Shown here: piece after piece, positions 9,209 through 18,095 of the stretch | How positions within the stretch are numbered: position 1 is the first letter of the stretch | Layout: each line of letters begins with the position of its first letter | Source: Bdellovibrionales bacterium | GTDB taxonomy: Bacteria > Bdellovibrionota > Bdellovibrionia > Bdellovibrionales > CAYMLA01 | Direction of reading: 5' to 3' | DNA: 64,000 bases | Assembly (NCBI GenBank): GCA_965217115.1 | Contig: OZ244239.1 | Span: 1,184,001 to 1,248,000, forward strand | Notes under the pieces: generated by a model | The model's database searches: none | The model's input: only the letters and a program-made list of their open reading frames with translations | Told to the model about the DNA's origin: nothing | Program-made: the position numbers and the translations under genes

Positions 9209-9835
9209 ATGAGCTATGGATTTTTGCAGAATTACCTTTCGCAAACTCATTCCAGAATATCTGCGAATGAGTATTTTCAAGTCGTTTGTGAAACAGAAAA
9301 GAAAATAGCACGCAGAATTTTAAACAATGAATTATCTCTTGAAGATTCAAGTTTTTATAAAAAAGCTTATGACAGGGTTAAAGGAATGGAACAATTCCTT
9401 GAGAAAAAAAATGTTGTTGTTATAGGGGCAGGAGCGATTCCAGCAACTCTTATTTTTGCACAAAAATCAGGTCTTATAAAATCAGGAATTGGATTGGATA
9501 TAGATAAAATTGCCGTAAGTCTCGCGAAAGAGTTGACTCAACATTTAAATGTTAATGAACTTTCATATTTAAATATTAACGGATTAGATTATGATTTTAC
9601 TAATTCAGATGTTGTGTTTATTGCAAATCTAGTTAGAGGTAAATCTAAATTGTTAAACAGACTCTCGTCTCAGCTTAAATTTGGTGATCATATTATACTG
9701 CGAGAACCATGGGGTAAAGGTGTTTATCTTGCTGAATCAGCGATAGAATCAATTGGTAGTTCTTGGAAAGTCATTGGTCAAGATTCTCCCTGTCCTTATT
9801 TTTATTCACAAAGCTTTTATTTAAGGAAAAATTAA
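9209..9835 (+). CDS. Nicotianamine-synthase-like SAM-dependent transferase
   Basis: VVVIGAGAIPATLI resembles NAS V.FIGSGPLP.T; GLDID..A...A; DVVFIANLV..K..LL..L resembles NAS DVVFLAALV...K; ATG 9209 lies 1 nt after the previous stop. Confidence 0.65.
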   Translation: MSYGFLQNYLSQTHSRISANEYFQVVCETEKKIARRILNNELSLEDSSFYKKAYDRVKGMEQFLEKKNVVVIGAGAIPATLIFAQKSGLIKSGIGLDIDKIAVSLAKELTQHLNVNELSYLNINGLDYDFTNSDVVFIANLVRGKSKLLNRLSSQLKFGDHIILREPWGKGVYLAESAIESIGSSWKVIGQDSPCPYFYSQSFYLRKN

Positions 9836-10710
9836 TGATCTTGATTACAGGTGGGAATGGTTTCATTGGTAGAGAGATCATGAAACAAATTAATTTAGAC
9901 TGTATTAGTTTAGATCTTAGTAATCCTGAAGGAGTTGAGAGATTATATCGTGGAGGAACTTTAGACACAGAATTACTAGAAGACCTTTTTCGCAAGTTTC
10001 AATTTAGCTGTGTTATTCATCTAGGAATGACATCTCTTTTGAAGGATGTCAAAAATGATCAAGACAAGGCCAAGCTGTCGATAGTGGAGGGAACTAGAAA
10101 TATAATATCAGTAATGAAAAAGCATAGTTGTAATCGCTTAATTTTTATGTCTACAAGTATGGTCTATGGAAATTATTATAATAAAGTTGTTAATGAAGAC
10201 AGTCTCTGTCAACCAAGTGAGCCTTATGGACGTTTTAAACTAATTGCCGAAGATCTTGTGAAGTTGTCATTGGCTAGTCCACCCTTCGAATATATCATAA
10301 TTAGACCTACAGCTGTTTATGGGAAAAACGATGGGCAAAAAAGAGTTCTCAGCAAAATGATAGAAAACGCTAAATGCGGAAAACTCATAGAAATTAACGG
10401 AAAAGAAACAGCCCTTGATTTCACACATGTCAGTGAGGTTGCGAGTGCTATAATTACATCAGCCTTAAAGACTGAGATTAAGAATGAGACCTTTAATATT
10501 TCTAGAGGTAAAAGAAGGAGTTTAATTGAAGTTGTCATGATTCTAAAAAAATACTTTCCAGGCACAAAGTTTATTATAAATGATAAGGAGAAAGACAAAC
10601 CTGTTAGAGGCGAAATAAATGTAGAAAAGGCCCACAATCTATTAGGTTTTGAACCAAAAATTGAAATAGAGGATGGAATTAAAATGATGTTAGATGGAGA
10701 AGTTTTTTGA
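9835..10710 (+). CDS. NAD-dependent epimerase/dehydratase (extended SDR)
   Basis: ILITGGNGFIG, STSMVYG, YGRFK (YxxxK), RPTAVYG and DFTHV motifs; TAATG overlap with the upstream stop. Confidence 0.92.
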   Translation: MILITGGNGFIGREIMKQINLDCISLDLSNPEGVERLYRGGTLDTELLEDLFRKFQFSCVIHLGMTSLLKDVKNDQDKAKLSIVEGTRNIISVMKKHSCNRLIFMSTSMVYGNYYNKVVNEDSLCQPSEPYGRFKLIAEDLVKLSLASPPFEYIIIRPTAVYGKNDGQKRVLSKMIENAKCGKLIEINGKETALDFTHVSEVASAIITSALKTEIKNETFNISRGKRRSLIEVVMILKKYFPGTKFIINDKEKDKPVRGEINVEKAHNLLGFEPKIEIEDGIKMMLDGEVF

Positions 10711-11801
10711 ATATCTCATTTTTTGGCAATGACAGGCAATTTCAATCGTTAAAAAAAGAATGGCTTTCCAGGGCGGAAGCCGTATGGGCTTCAGGGCAGT
10801 TCTTTTTTGGACCTCAAGTCGAAAAACTAGAACATCGTTTAGCAACGATGTGTCAACGCAAGTACGCTATTGCTTTGGCTTCATGTACCGATGCTCTAGC
10901 TATAGCCACTGAATATTTAGATCTTGAGGCCAAGTCGAAAGTGCTTATTACAAATTATTCATTCTCTGCTTCTGCGGCCCCAATTTTAAAGAATAATTTA
11001 GTTCCAAGTTTTGTTGATATAAACAGACAATTGAACCATCCAACGTACAAAAATTATCAGAAGTTTTGGGATAAAGAATGTAAAGCGGTGATAGCAGTTA
11101 GTCTTTACGGGAATTGCTACGCAATGGATGAAACAGAGATTTGGGCCGACAAGAAAAAAATTCCATTGATTGAGGATGCTGCGCAATCTTTTGGCTCTTC
11201 TCTTGGTGACAGGCCTGCTGGTAGTTTCGGAATAGCCTCATGTATTAGTTTTGACCCGACAAAAATAATTGCGGCATCGTCTCTAGCAGGAGCGCTTTTA
11301 ACGGATGATCAAGAATTATATGAGTTTGCTCTTAGGGCCAGATTTCATGGGAAAAATAGAAATAACCAAGTTTCTCAACTTGGAGGTAAAAGCCTTATGT
11401 CTTCAGTAGAGGCTGAAATTCTTCAATTGAAGCTTGATCATTTGGATTCTTGGCTAAATAAACGAAACGAAATTGCGAATACTTATATAGATAGCTTGTC
11501 AGGTGTAGGAGACCTAATTTTGCCAACTGTCTTAGAGGGCGGCTCTCATACTTTCCATAAGTTTGTAATTGCTACATGTGAAAGAGATCGTTTAGCTGAA
11601 TATCTAATGTTAGCGGGGATTGTGGTTCGTAGACATTATAAGAGTCTTCTTTCACAAGAGCCTGTTTTTTCAAAATATAGTTCTTCTACTCCAAATGCTT
11701 CTGAGGCTTCTTATAGAAACCTATCTTTACCTTTGTATCAAGAGCTGAGAGACGAGGAAATTAAATATATAATAGATACGATTTTAAGGTTCTTTGGATA
11801 A
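10707..11801 (+). CDS. DegT/DnrJ/EryC1/StrS family sugar aminotransferase
   Basis: SCTDAL, LIEDAAQSFG and SFDPTKII (PLP lysine) motifs; C-terminal LSLPLY. Confidence 0.95.
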   Translation: MNISFFGNDRQFQSLKKEWLSRAEAVWASGQFFFGPQVEKLEHRLATMCQRKYAIALASCTDALAIATEYLDLEAKSKVLITNYSFSASAAPILKNNLVPSFVDINRQLNHPTYKNYQKFWDKECKAVIAVSLYGNCYAMDETEIWADKKKIPLIEDAAQSFGSSLGDRPAGSFGIASCISFDPTKIIAASSLAGALLTDDQELYEFALRARFHGKNRNNQVSQLGGKSLMSSVEAEILQLKLDHLDSWLNKRNEIANTYIDSLSGVGDLILPTVLEGGSHTFHKFVIATCERDRLAEYLMLAGIVVRRHYKSLLSQEPVFSKYSSSTPNASEASYRNLSLPLYQELRDEEIKYIIDTILRFFG

Positions 11802-11804
11802 AAA

Positions 11805-13910
11805 ATGTTAAAAGTCGTTATACCTCTCATTTTAATTTCTGGTTCGTCTGCTCTAGGCTTGGAGGTTTTTTGGCTTAGAAGCTTGAGTCACATTTTAGGA
11901 AGTACAAGCGTAGCCGTTTCAATAGTTTTTGGTATGTTCCTTTTTTCTCTTTCTCTAGGCTCATTACTGTCAACATTTTGGAATGGGCCATCATCTTTTT
12001 TTAATCGTTACCCTATTTTAAGTTTCGGAATTTTGGAATCTCTAGGAGTTCTCTTAGGGGTGTTTAGTAATTTTTTAGCTTTTTATCATGAGGACCTTTT
12101 TTTTAATTTCATAAACCTAATTAGAAATGATTTTATTTCCAGCATAGCTATTTCTTTTTTCTTTATTACACCTTCTGTATTCCTTTTGGGAATGGGCTTC
12201 CCAGTTATCTTGAGTTCTTTAGAAAAAAAACAAAATCTCAGCACTATTTATTCACTCAATACCATTGGTGGCGCCATTGGCACACTTGCTTACGGGATAA
12301 TCTTTCCTTATTTTCTAGGTTATGGCCTGTCTCTTCTAATTTTATGTTCTTTTACACTAATATTACTGTTCATCTCCATTCGAAATGGAAAGGAAGAGTC
12401 TCTTGCAGTTTCTGAGATAGATGAAATTCGATTTCCTAGAGAAAAAGGCTTCTTCTTAGCTCTATTCTCAGGGTTTGTCTTCATGATGGGTGAAATTGCA
12501 GGAGATCGTCTCGTTAGAATGATATTGGGAGACAGGTCTTACATTTCACTGATAACATTATTCTTTTTTCTTATCGTAATTTCTATGGCAGCTGGAATTA
12601 AATCTTATATAAATAATCTAAAAAAGGTTGTAATTTTAAGTCTTTTTCTTTGTTTATTCTCACTTGTTGTCATTCTTCTTTTTAAAAATAGTGCATTATT
12701 AGTTACTAGGGATTATCAAGTATTGAATTCAAAAAAATTGATTTTCCTTTTATTTGGTATCTGTCCTCTTTTTATGGGTCTCGGATTAGTCTTTCCCTCT
12801 TGTTTAGATTTGATAAATAGCTCTGTGCAAAAGAGATCTAAACTAGCTTTTTATTTAAGTGGGAACACTTTTATGGCGCTCGTAGCGTCACTGATTACAA
12901 CACACTTATTGTTTTCTGTAATAGGTATTCATGGTATTTTTGCTGTACTGACAATGGCGCTAGTTATTTTTCCTTTATTAATGAATCAATGTAAAGCTGC
13001 TTTGCTGATTTTACCAATTTCAATTATCTTGTCTTTATTTTATTTAAAGTCACCATTTAGTATTTCAGAAAGAAAAAATGTTCTTTATCAGTCAGAGTCT
13101 CAATATTCACACTTTAGCATCATAGAAAAAGAGGGTTTCGAAGAAACATATAGTGGTAATACAAGGTTAATCGCCCCATATATAGCAAAAAACTTAGAAC
13201 ATGCTCAACAGGCTCTAGCTTACTTTCCTGCATTGTATAAAAAAAATGTTGAAAATAGTTTAGTTATTGGTGCCGGATACGGTATTACAATAGACGCATT
13301 TTTAAAAGTCTCAACCGAGTCCACCTATGTAGTAGAAATATTAAATGAGATTATCTTCAATACAAATAGATATAAAGAACTAAATAATAACTGGCAAAGG
13401 AATAAAAAAATTAAATTACAAATTACAGATGGTGTGCGATACGTCAGTATAACTGATAAGAAGTTTGATATTATTTCCGTCAGTTTGGATCATCCTTACT
13501 CATTCAATGGCTCTAGAACTATCACCAAGGAGTTCTATCAACATGTGTCTGAAAAACTTGTAAAAAATGGGATTTATAGTCAAATGATTTGGGGAGAACA
13601 TTTACCAGAGATTTTGGCAACTGTAAAAACGGTATTTCCCTATATAAAAATAATGCCCGCTTATTCTGATTCTGACTTTATTATTATTGCTTCAAAAGAA
13701 GCTTTAGTTAAACAAAGGAGTGATCAAGCTTTTTCAAAGGTTTGGAAAAAACTCAATGACAAACGAAAGCTAAGAAAAAACTTGCAGATCGGAAGAGAGG
13801 CTTTAAAAAAAATAAGCTCTCAGCCACATCGTTTTATAATTTCTCGCTTACATCCTATTATTGAATTTGGAAATCACGAGTCTACGGGCTTTTTTTGGAT
13901 CCGAAGGTAA
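11805..13910 (+). CDS. Multi-TM membrane protein fused to a spermidine-synthase-like class I SAM-binding domain
   Basis: SG.SAL.LEV.W.R.L...LGST, YSLNTIGGAIG, many TM helices, then LVIGAGYGIT, VVEI, DGVRYV and TKEFY. Confidence 0.85.
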   Translation: MLKVVIPLILISGSSALGLEVFWLRSLSHILGSTSVAVSIVFGMFLFSLSLGSLLSTFWNGPSSFFNRYPILSFGILESLGVLLGVFSNFLAFYHEDLFFNFINLIRNDFISSIAISFFFITPSVFLLGMGFPVILSSLEKKQNLSTIYSLNTIGGAIGTLAYGIIFPYFLGYGLSLLILCSFTLILLFISIRNGKEESLAVSEIDEIRFPREKGFFLALFSGFVFMMGEIAGDRLVRMILGDRSYISLITLFFFLIVISMAAGIKSYINNLKKVVILSLFLCLFSLVVILLFKNSALLVTRDYQVLNSKKLIFLLFGICPLFMGLGLVFPSCLDLINSSVQKRSKLAFYLSGNTFMALVASLITTHLLFSVIGIHGIFAVLTMALVIFPLLMNQCKAALLILPISIILSLFYLKSPFSISERKNVLYQSESQYSHFSIIEKEGFEETYSGNTRLIAPYIAKNLEHAQQALAYFPALYKKNVENSLVIGAGYGITIDAFLKVSTESTYVVEILNEIIFNTNRYKELNNNWQRNKKIKLQITDGVRYVSITDKKFDIISVSLDHPYSFNGSRTITKEFYQHVSEKLVKNGIYSQMIWGEHLPEILATVKTVFPYIKIMPAYSDSDFIIIASKEALVKQRSDQAFSKVWKKLNDKRKLRKNLQIGREALKKISSQPHRFIISRLHPIIEFGNHESTGFFWIRR

Positions 13911-14114
13911 TCTTCTCCTTGTTCGGAATGAAATTTACGTCTTTATATGACTTTTTCTGAGTTCTTTTGGAAAAAACCGTCACAAGTTGAGTCGATTCAG
14001 GACCACGAGCGACTGGCAAAGCAACTAGTGAATAAAACTCACGTCTAGACTGGTAATTTAAGATTGCTTACTTTTAAATAGAGGTTTTTCTCAAGATGAA
14101 TTGTTTTTAAAAAA

Positions 14115-15464
14115 TTATGTAAAGTAAAATTTCATCGCTTCATAAATATTTGAGTCTAAATTTTGATGATAGAAAAGTTGTGCCGACTTCCTATGCAAGT
14201 TTATTTTTTTATCAGAATCATTCATATACTCCGATCTGTTTTTTTCGTGAAAAAGAGCATAGACATTATCTGCTAGAAGATGAAACTTATTTCCCGCTAA
14301 AAACAATCGATAACCAAGCTCAACATCCTCAAAACTATAAAAACAAAAACTTTTTGAAAAGCCACCGGTTTTTTCAAAGAACTTTTTTTTAACTGAAAAA
14401 CAAAACGTAGAGGCGTATCTCCATCCAAATGGTATGTCATTCCAGTTTTTAGTTTTATTTTGAAAATCTTCAAAATAGTTATTTGACCGGCTGTAGACTT
14501 GTTCAGTTACTTTTTCAAGGGTTTCACCTCTATAGAGTGCATTTGTTGCTTGTTCATTGAGATGAAGTCTTCGAGGTTGAACAACGTCAAAGTTTTCGTG
14601 CGACTTTAAAAGGTTACTCAAAAAATCATTCGTCAAAAGAGTATCTGCATCTAAGAAAAGAATAATTTCTCCATTTGCTTTCAAAGCGCCAAAGTTTCTT
14701 GCGACCGTTACCCTGCATTTATTGTCTCCCATAGATCTACTAGAGGGCCTAGGGAGGTAGTAAAAACTTTTATTTTCAATGCTTAAGTCATCGTAAATTG
14801 ACTTACAACTATCATCTGAACCGTCATCGATAATTAACACTTCAAATAGATTTTTATCTATAGATTGCTTAGACAGAGTTTTTAAAGTTAGATTAAGTTC
14901 TTTATTATGGTTATAAACAGGGATTACTATGGAGAGCAAACGCTTGCTTTGATTTTTAATATCAATCACTGAAGGCTGAGGGGAACGATCTTCAAAATCA
15001 CTCCATCTTGTCTCAAAAATTCGACCAGTAAGGGGAGGTAATATTTCACATTGATGATTCCGAGCACTAAAACTTTCTACTAATGTTGGGTCCCATGTAT
15101 CTAATGGGAAAAAGAAATGAGCCCTCAGAAGCTCTTTTGGGAATTCACAGTCTTTATCCATATGGATGGTAAAAATGATATTATTTTTTTGTGAAAGTAG
15201 CTTCATTTTTTCCCAATCATCCATTGAGCTATCAATTATGATATTAAATAGCAATCGAGGATGTTCTAGAGCGTCAGATATTTTAAATTCTTCCAGGTGT
15301 CTATCAATACAGTCTCCAGGGTTTTTATTCTTTAAATCACTTAAGCATCCAAAGTTTTTATTAGTCTCTAATGTAGAGAAATCAGGTCCTGTTTCTATGG
15401 ATTGAGATATGCAATAAGGGTGTTTACAAGAACTTGCTTCGACTCTTTGAAAATAGTTAGACAT
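14115..15464 (-). CDS. Glycosyltransferase family 2 with N-terminal extension
   Basis: LSIVIPVYN, IIDDGSDD, ARNFG, FLDAD and FYSFEDVELG motifs; paralog of 87..1235. Confidence 0.9.
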   Translation of the reverse strand: MSNYFQRVEASSCKHPYCISQSIETGPDFSTLETNKNFGCLSDLKNKNPGDCIDRHLEEFKISDALEHPRLLFNIIIDSSMDDWEKMKLLSQKNNIIFTIHMDKDCEFPKELLRAHFFFPLDTWDPTLVESFSARNHQCEILPPLTGRIFETRWSDFEDRSPQPSVIDIKNQSKRLLSIVIPVYNHNKELNLTLKTLSKQSIDKNLFEVLIIDDGSDDSCKSIYDDLSIENKSFYYLPRPSSRSMGDNKCRVTVARNFGALKANGEIILFLDADTLLTNDFLSNLLKSHENFDVVQPRRLHLNEQATNALYRGETLEKVTEQVYSRSNNYFEDFQNKTKNWNDIPFGWRYASTFCFSVKKKFFEKTGGFSKSFCFYSFEDVELGYRLFLAGNKFHLLADNVYALFHEKNRSEYMNDSDKKINLHRKSAQLFYHQNLDSNIYEAMKFYFT

Positions 15465-16293
15465 TATACAAAAGCTCTTTTATATGCAAACTTTGCTTGC
15501 AACTGTACTCGGGACATGTAAAGCCAAAGTCTAAGAGTTCTTTCGATGCATTGCTCAGCTGCTCTTCGATGGAGTGCTTTTTTATTCTCTCAAAACCATC
15601 TCTAAACCAGTCATGGTTACTAATTTTTGACAATTCATCTGGACAGTCTTTGAATTTAAAGCCATGTATGCTGCCCATTCTAGCTCCAAGTAAGACATAT
15701 TCACCAAACAAGCTGTCTCTGCCAATCGATGTCCATACTTTTAACCGACTCATTGTTCTGTGGTCTGGTTGAGTTCCGGCATAGGCATTTGTTCGACTGG
15801 CTAATTTAGAAGATTCCCTAAATCCACTCTTCCAAGAAATATAGGGAGAGGTATTAAAGCAAGTAATCGATGCAATTTCAGGCTGAATATAAAAATCTTC
15901 TGTAGCTACAGATAAAGTAAAATCAACAACGTCTAGATCTTGAAAATCCCTAACCAATTGAGTATTGAATAAATGTACTGATCCATATCCATACACAAGC
16001 CCATTAACTCGATTTCGACATCGATATACATGAACTCTCTTATCGACTTCACCTTGAAAGTTCTCAATATCAAAGTTGAAATTATCTAGTAACTGGCTAT
16101 CCCCATCCATTGTAAAGAAATGACTGGTTTCTGAAATTTCGGCGGCTTTCTTCCAAGCTTTGGCTATGCCATTAACTTTATGTACTCTTTTGGTGTTTGG
16201 GTAAATCGACTTAACTCTTTCCCAGTTTTGCTCAGCTTCTGGTTCGTCGTAGCTAATAAAAATTAAATCGTATTTCATTGTTTCTTTCAGCAT
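15457..16293 (-). CDS. Glycosyltransferase-like protein (GT-A-type DxD)
   Basis: YDLIFISYDEPEAEQNW, RVHKVNGI..A.K.AA, FFTMDGDS, N.VNGLVYGYG and W.SGFRE..KL motifs; overlaps the GT2 start. Confidence 0.6.
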   Translation of the reverse strand: MLKETMKYDLIFISYDEPEAEQNWERVKSIYPNTKRVHKVNGIAKAWKKAAEISETSHFFTMDGDSQLLDNFNFDIENFQGEVDKRVHVYRCRNRVNGLVYGYGSVHLFNTQLVRDFQDLDVVDFTLSVATEDFYIQPEIASITCFNTSPYISWKSGFRESSKLASRTNAYAGTQPDHRTMSRLKVWTSIGRDSLFGEYVLLGARMGSIHGFKFKDCPDELSKISNHDWFRDGFERIKKHSIEEQLSNASKELLDFGFTCPEYSCKQSLHIKELLYNV

Positions 16294-16768
16294 ATCATCT
16301 CACTCTAAGTCGATATTTCGATTGACAAATTTTCTCCTTATATCGATTGGGATTACCTCACACTTTTATGAGAAGCGCAAGATAATACCCTCATAGAGCG
16401 AGCTCGGAGTTAGGCATCAATTTGATTCTTAGTTCTTGATTAAATTCATAAACATTTGATTGTTAAGCAATGTAAACATTAACTAACAATCGATTTTACC
16501 ACAGGTTTTATATTTTTTAGAAACAAATTTTGTGGCTTCAAAAAAATTCACATCGCCTTGAGATATATGCTTACTCATAACTGATGTAGCTCCACACATA
16601 TTTAGAAAGGCTCACTCAAGAATTCCTTCATTTATTTGAGGACTAAAACCGTAATCGTCACAATTAACACATTCTATAGATAAATTTTTTTCGAAAAAAG
16701 TTTAAACCGGGCTAATCAATTATTTTTGGAGGTGCTGGAGTTCGCTAAATATTACAGAAACTGAGTTT

Positions 16769-17974
16769 TTAAGGAATCCATGAGAGGTGAGTGGATAGGT
16801 TTAGAGAGACATCAAATTTCTTCAGAACCTTCCTTGAATTCGGTGAATAAAGAATAATTCCTTGGGTCGAATCACTCAGAGCGAGAATATTGTCGGGCAG
16901 CAGGCACAGGCCTTGAATATTTGAAAGCCCTAGTTCAAAACCTGAGTTAACAGATTTCACGACTCCAGAGATAGCATCTAGGCACAACAGAGTATTCGAA
17001 CTACTACAAGTAACATACACTTTACCAGCTTTTTTGTTCACTGCAAAAGAGAGTTGCCTGCGTTGGAAATTCTGGTACTCAGGTAAAGACTTAATTTGAG
17101 ACGAGTTCATTCCTACCTTTAAAATCGGTGTTGATATACCTATTCTCTTTAGTTTGTACTCTTGGCTTGAAATAGGAAACCAATTAGATTTTACTCCTAT
17201 CTTTTTTAGATGACTATCCAATAACTTTCGTTCGTCAATATTAATATATTGGGCAGTCCCTACAAAGACGTGTTCTTCGCTATAAACACCGAGATGAGTT
17301 GGTGTTGCATTTATTTGGGGATTATGACTGCGGATAATTTTCCCCGATTCAGTATCGATGAAAAACACAGAACCTTTATTTGGTTCATATGAATAACCTG
17401 TTTTTGACTTTTTTGGAACAATTGGGGTGACTAGTAATTTTTCTCGAACCAATTTTAGGTCATGAGGGTACCCTGGAAGTTCTATCATTTTAATAAACTT
17501 GAAGTTTTTTTTAAATACACCAATAGCCCCTCTATCGCGGAGATAATCCGTTTTTTTTGGAGAAAGACTGATGTAGATTTCGTTGCTACCAGAGCAAAAA
17601 TGTCCTGTAGAAATATATCCTTTTGGAAGCTTTAAATGAGCTTTGTGCTTAAATGTTCTTCTGTCGACAATCGAAAGAGTTTTGGCTTTGTAGCCAGAAG
17701 CCAGAATGTGATCTTTGTCTATGGCATCAGCCATGTGTCCAAACTTGATAGGTACTACTGTTTGGTTAATTTTTCCAGTATCGAGTTTAATCTGTGTAAG
17801 AAGAGAAAAGTCACCATTTTTAGTAAAACCATGCTCTCCTTCACCAATAGTTAAAAGCTCTCCTTCAAAAGGTTTAGAAGGTTTAGAAGGAGGCGAAAAA
17901 CCAGCAGCGTCAGGAAAAGAGTAAAAAGCTAAAGGAAGGAGATGTAATTTTCTTAAAAGAGACCTGCGATTCAT
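16769..17974 (-). CDS. Tat-exported beta-propeller protein (DUF1513-like)
   Basis: MNRRSLL twin-arginine signal; FGH, TGH, YPHD, PTH and terminal STH His motifs in a beta-strand-rich sequence. Confidence 0.55.
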   Translation of the reverse strand: MNRRSLLRKLHLLPLAFYSFPDAAGFSPPSKPSKPFEGELLTIGEGEHGFTKNGDFSLLTQIKLDTGKINQTVVPIKFGHMADAIDKDHILASGYKAKTLSIVDRRTFKHKAHLKLPKGYISTGHFCSGSNEIYISLSPKKTDYLRDRGAIGVFKKNFKFIKMIELPGYPHDLKLVREKLLVTPIVPKKSKTGYSYEPNKGSVFFIDTESGKIIRSHNPQINATPTHLGVYSEEHVFVGTAQYINIDERKLLDSHLKKIGVKSNWFPISSQEYKLKRIGISTPILKVGMNSSQIKSLPEYQNFQRRQLSFAVNKKAGKVYVTCSSSNTLLCLDAISGVVKSVNSGFELGLSNIQGLCLLPDNILALSDSTQGIILYSPNSRKVLKKFDVSLNLSTHLSWIP

Positions 17975-18095
17975 CAGGTAACTATACTGAATAGAAGATG
18001 AGTTTAAAAGAGGTTTCTCTTCGCTGCGTTGCGACAGTTTCCACCTCTAAAAACCGATTGCACTTTAGATAGAGATAACAATAGATTGTTACTGC

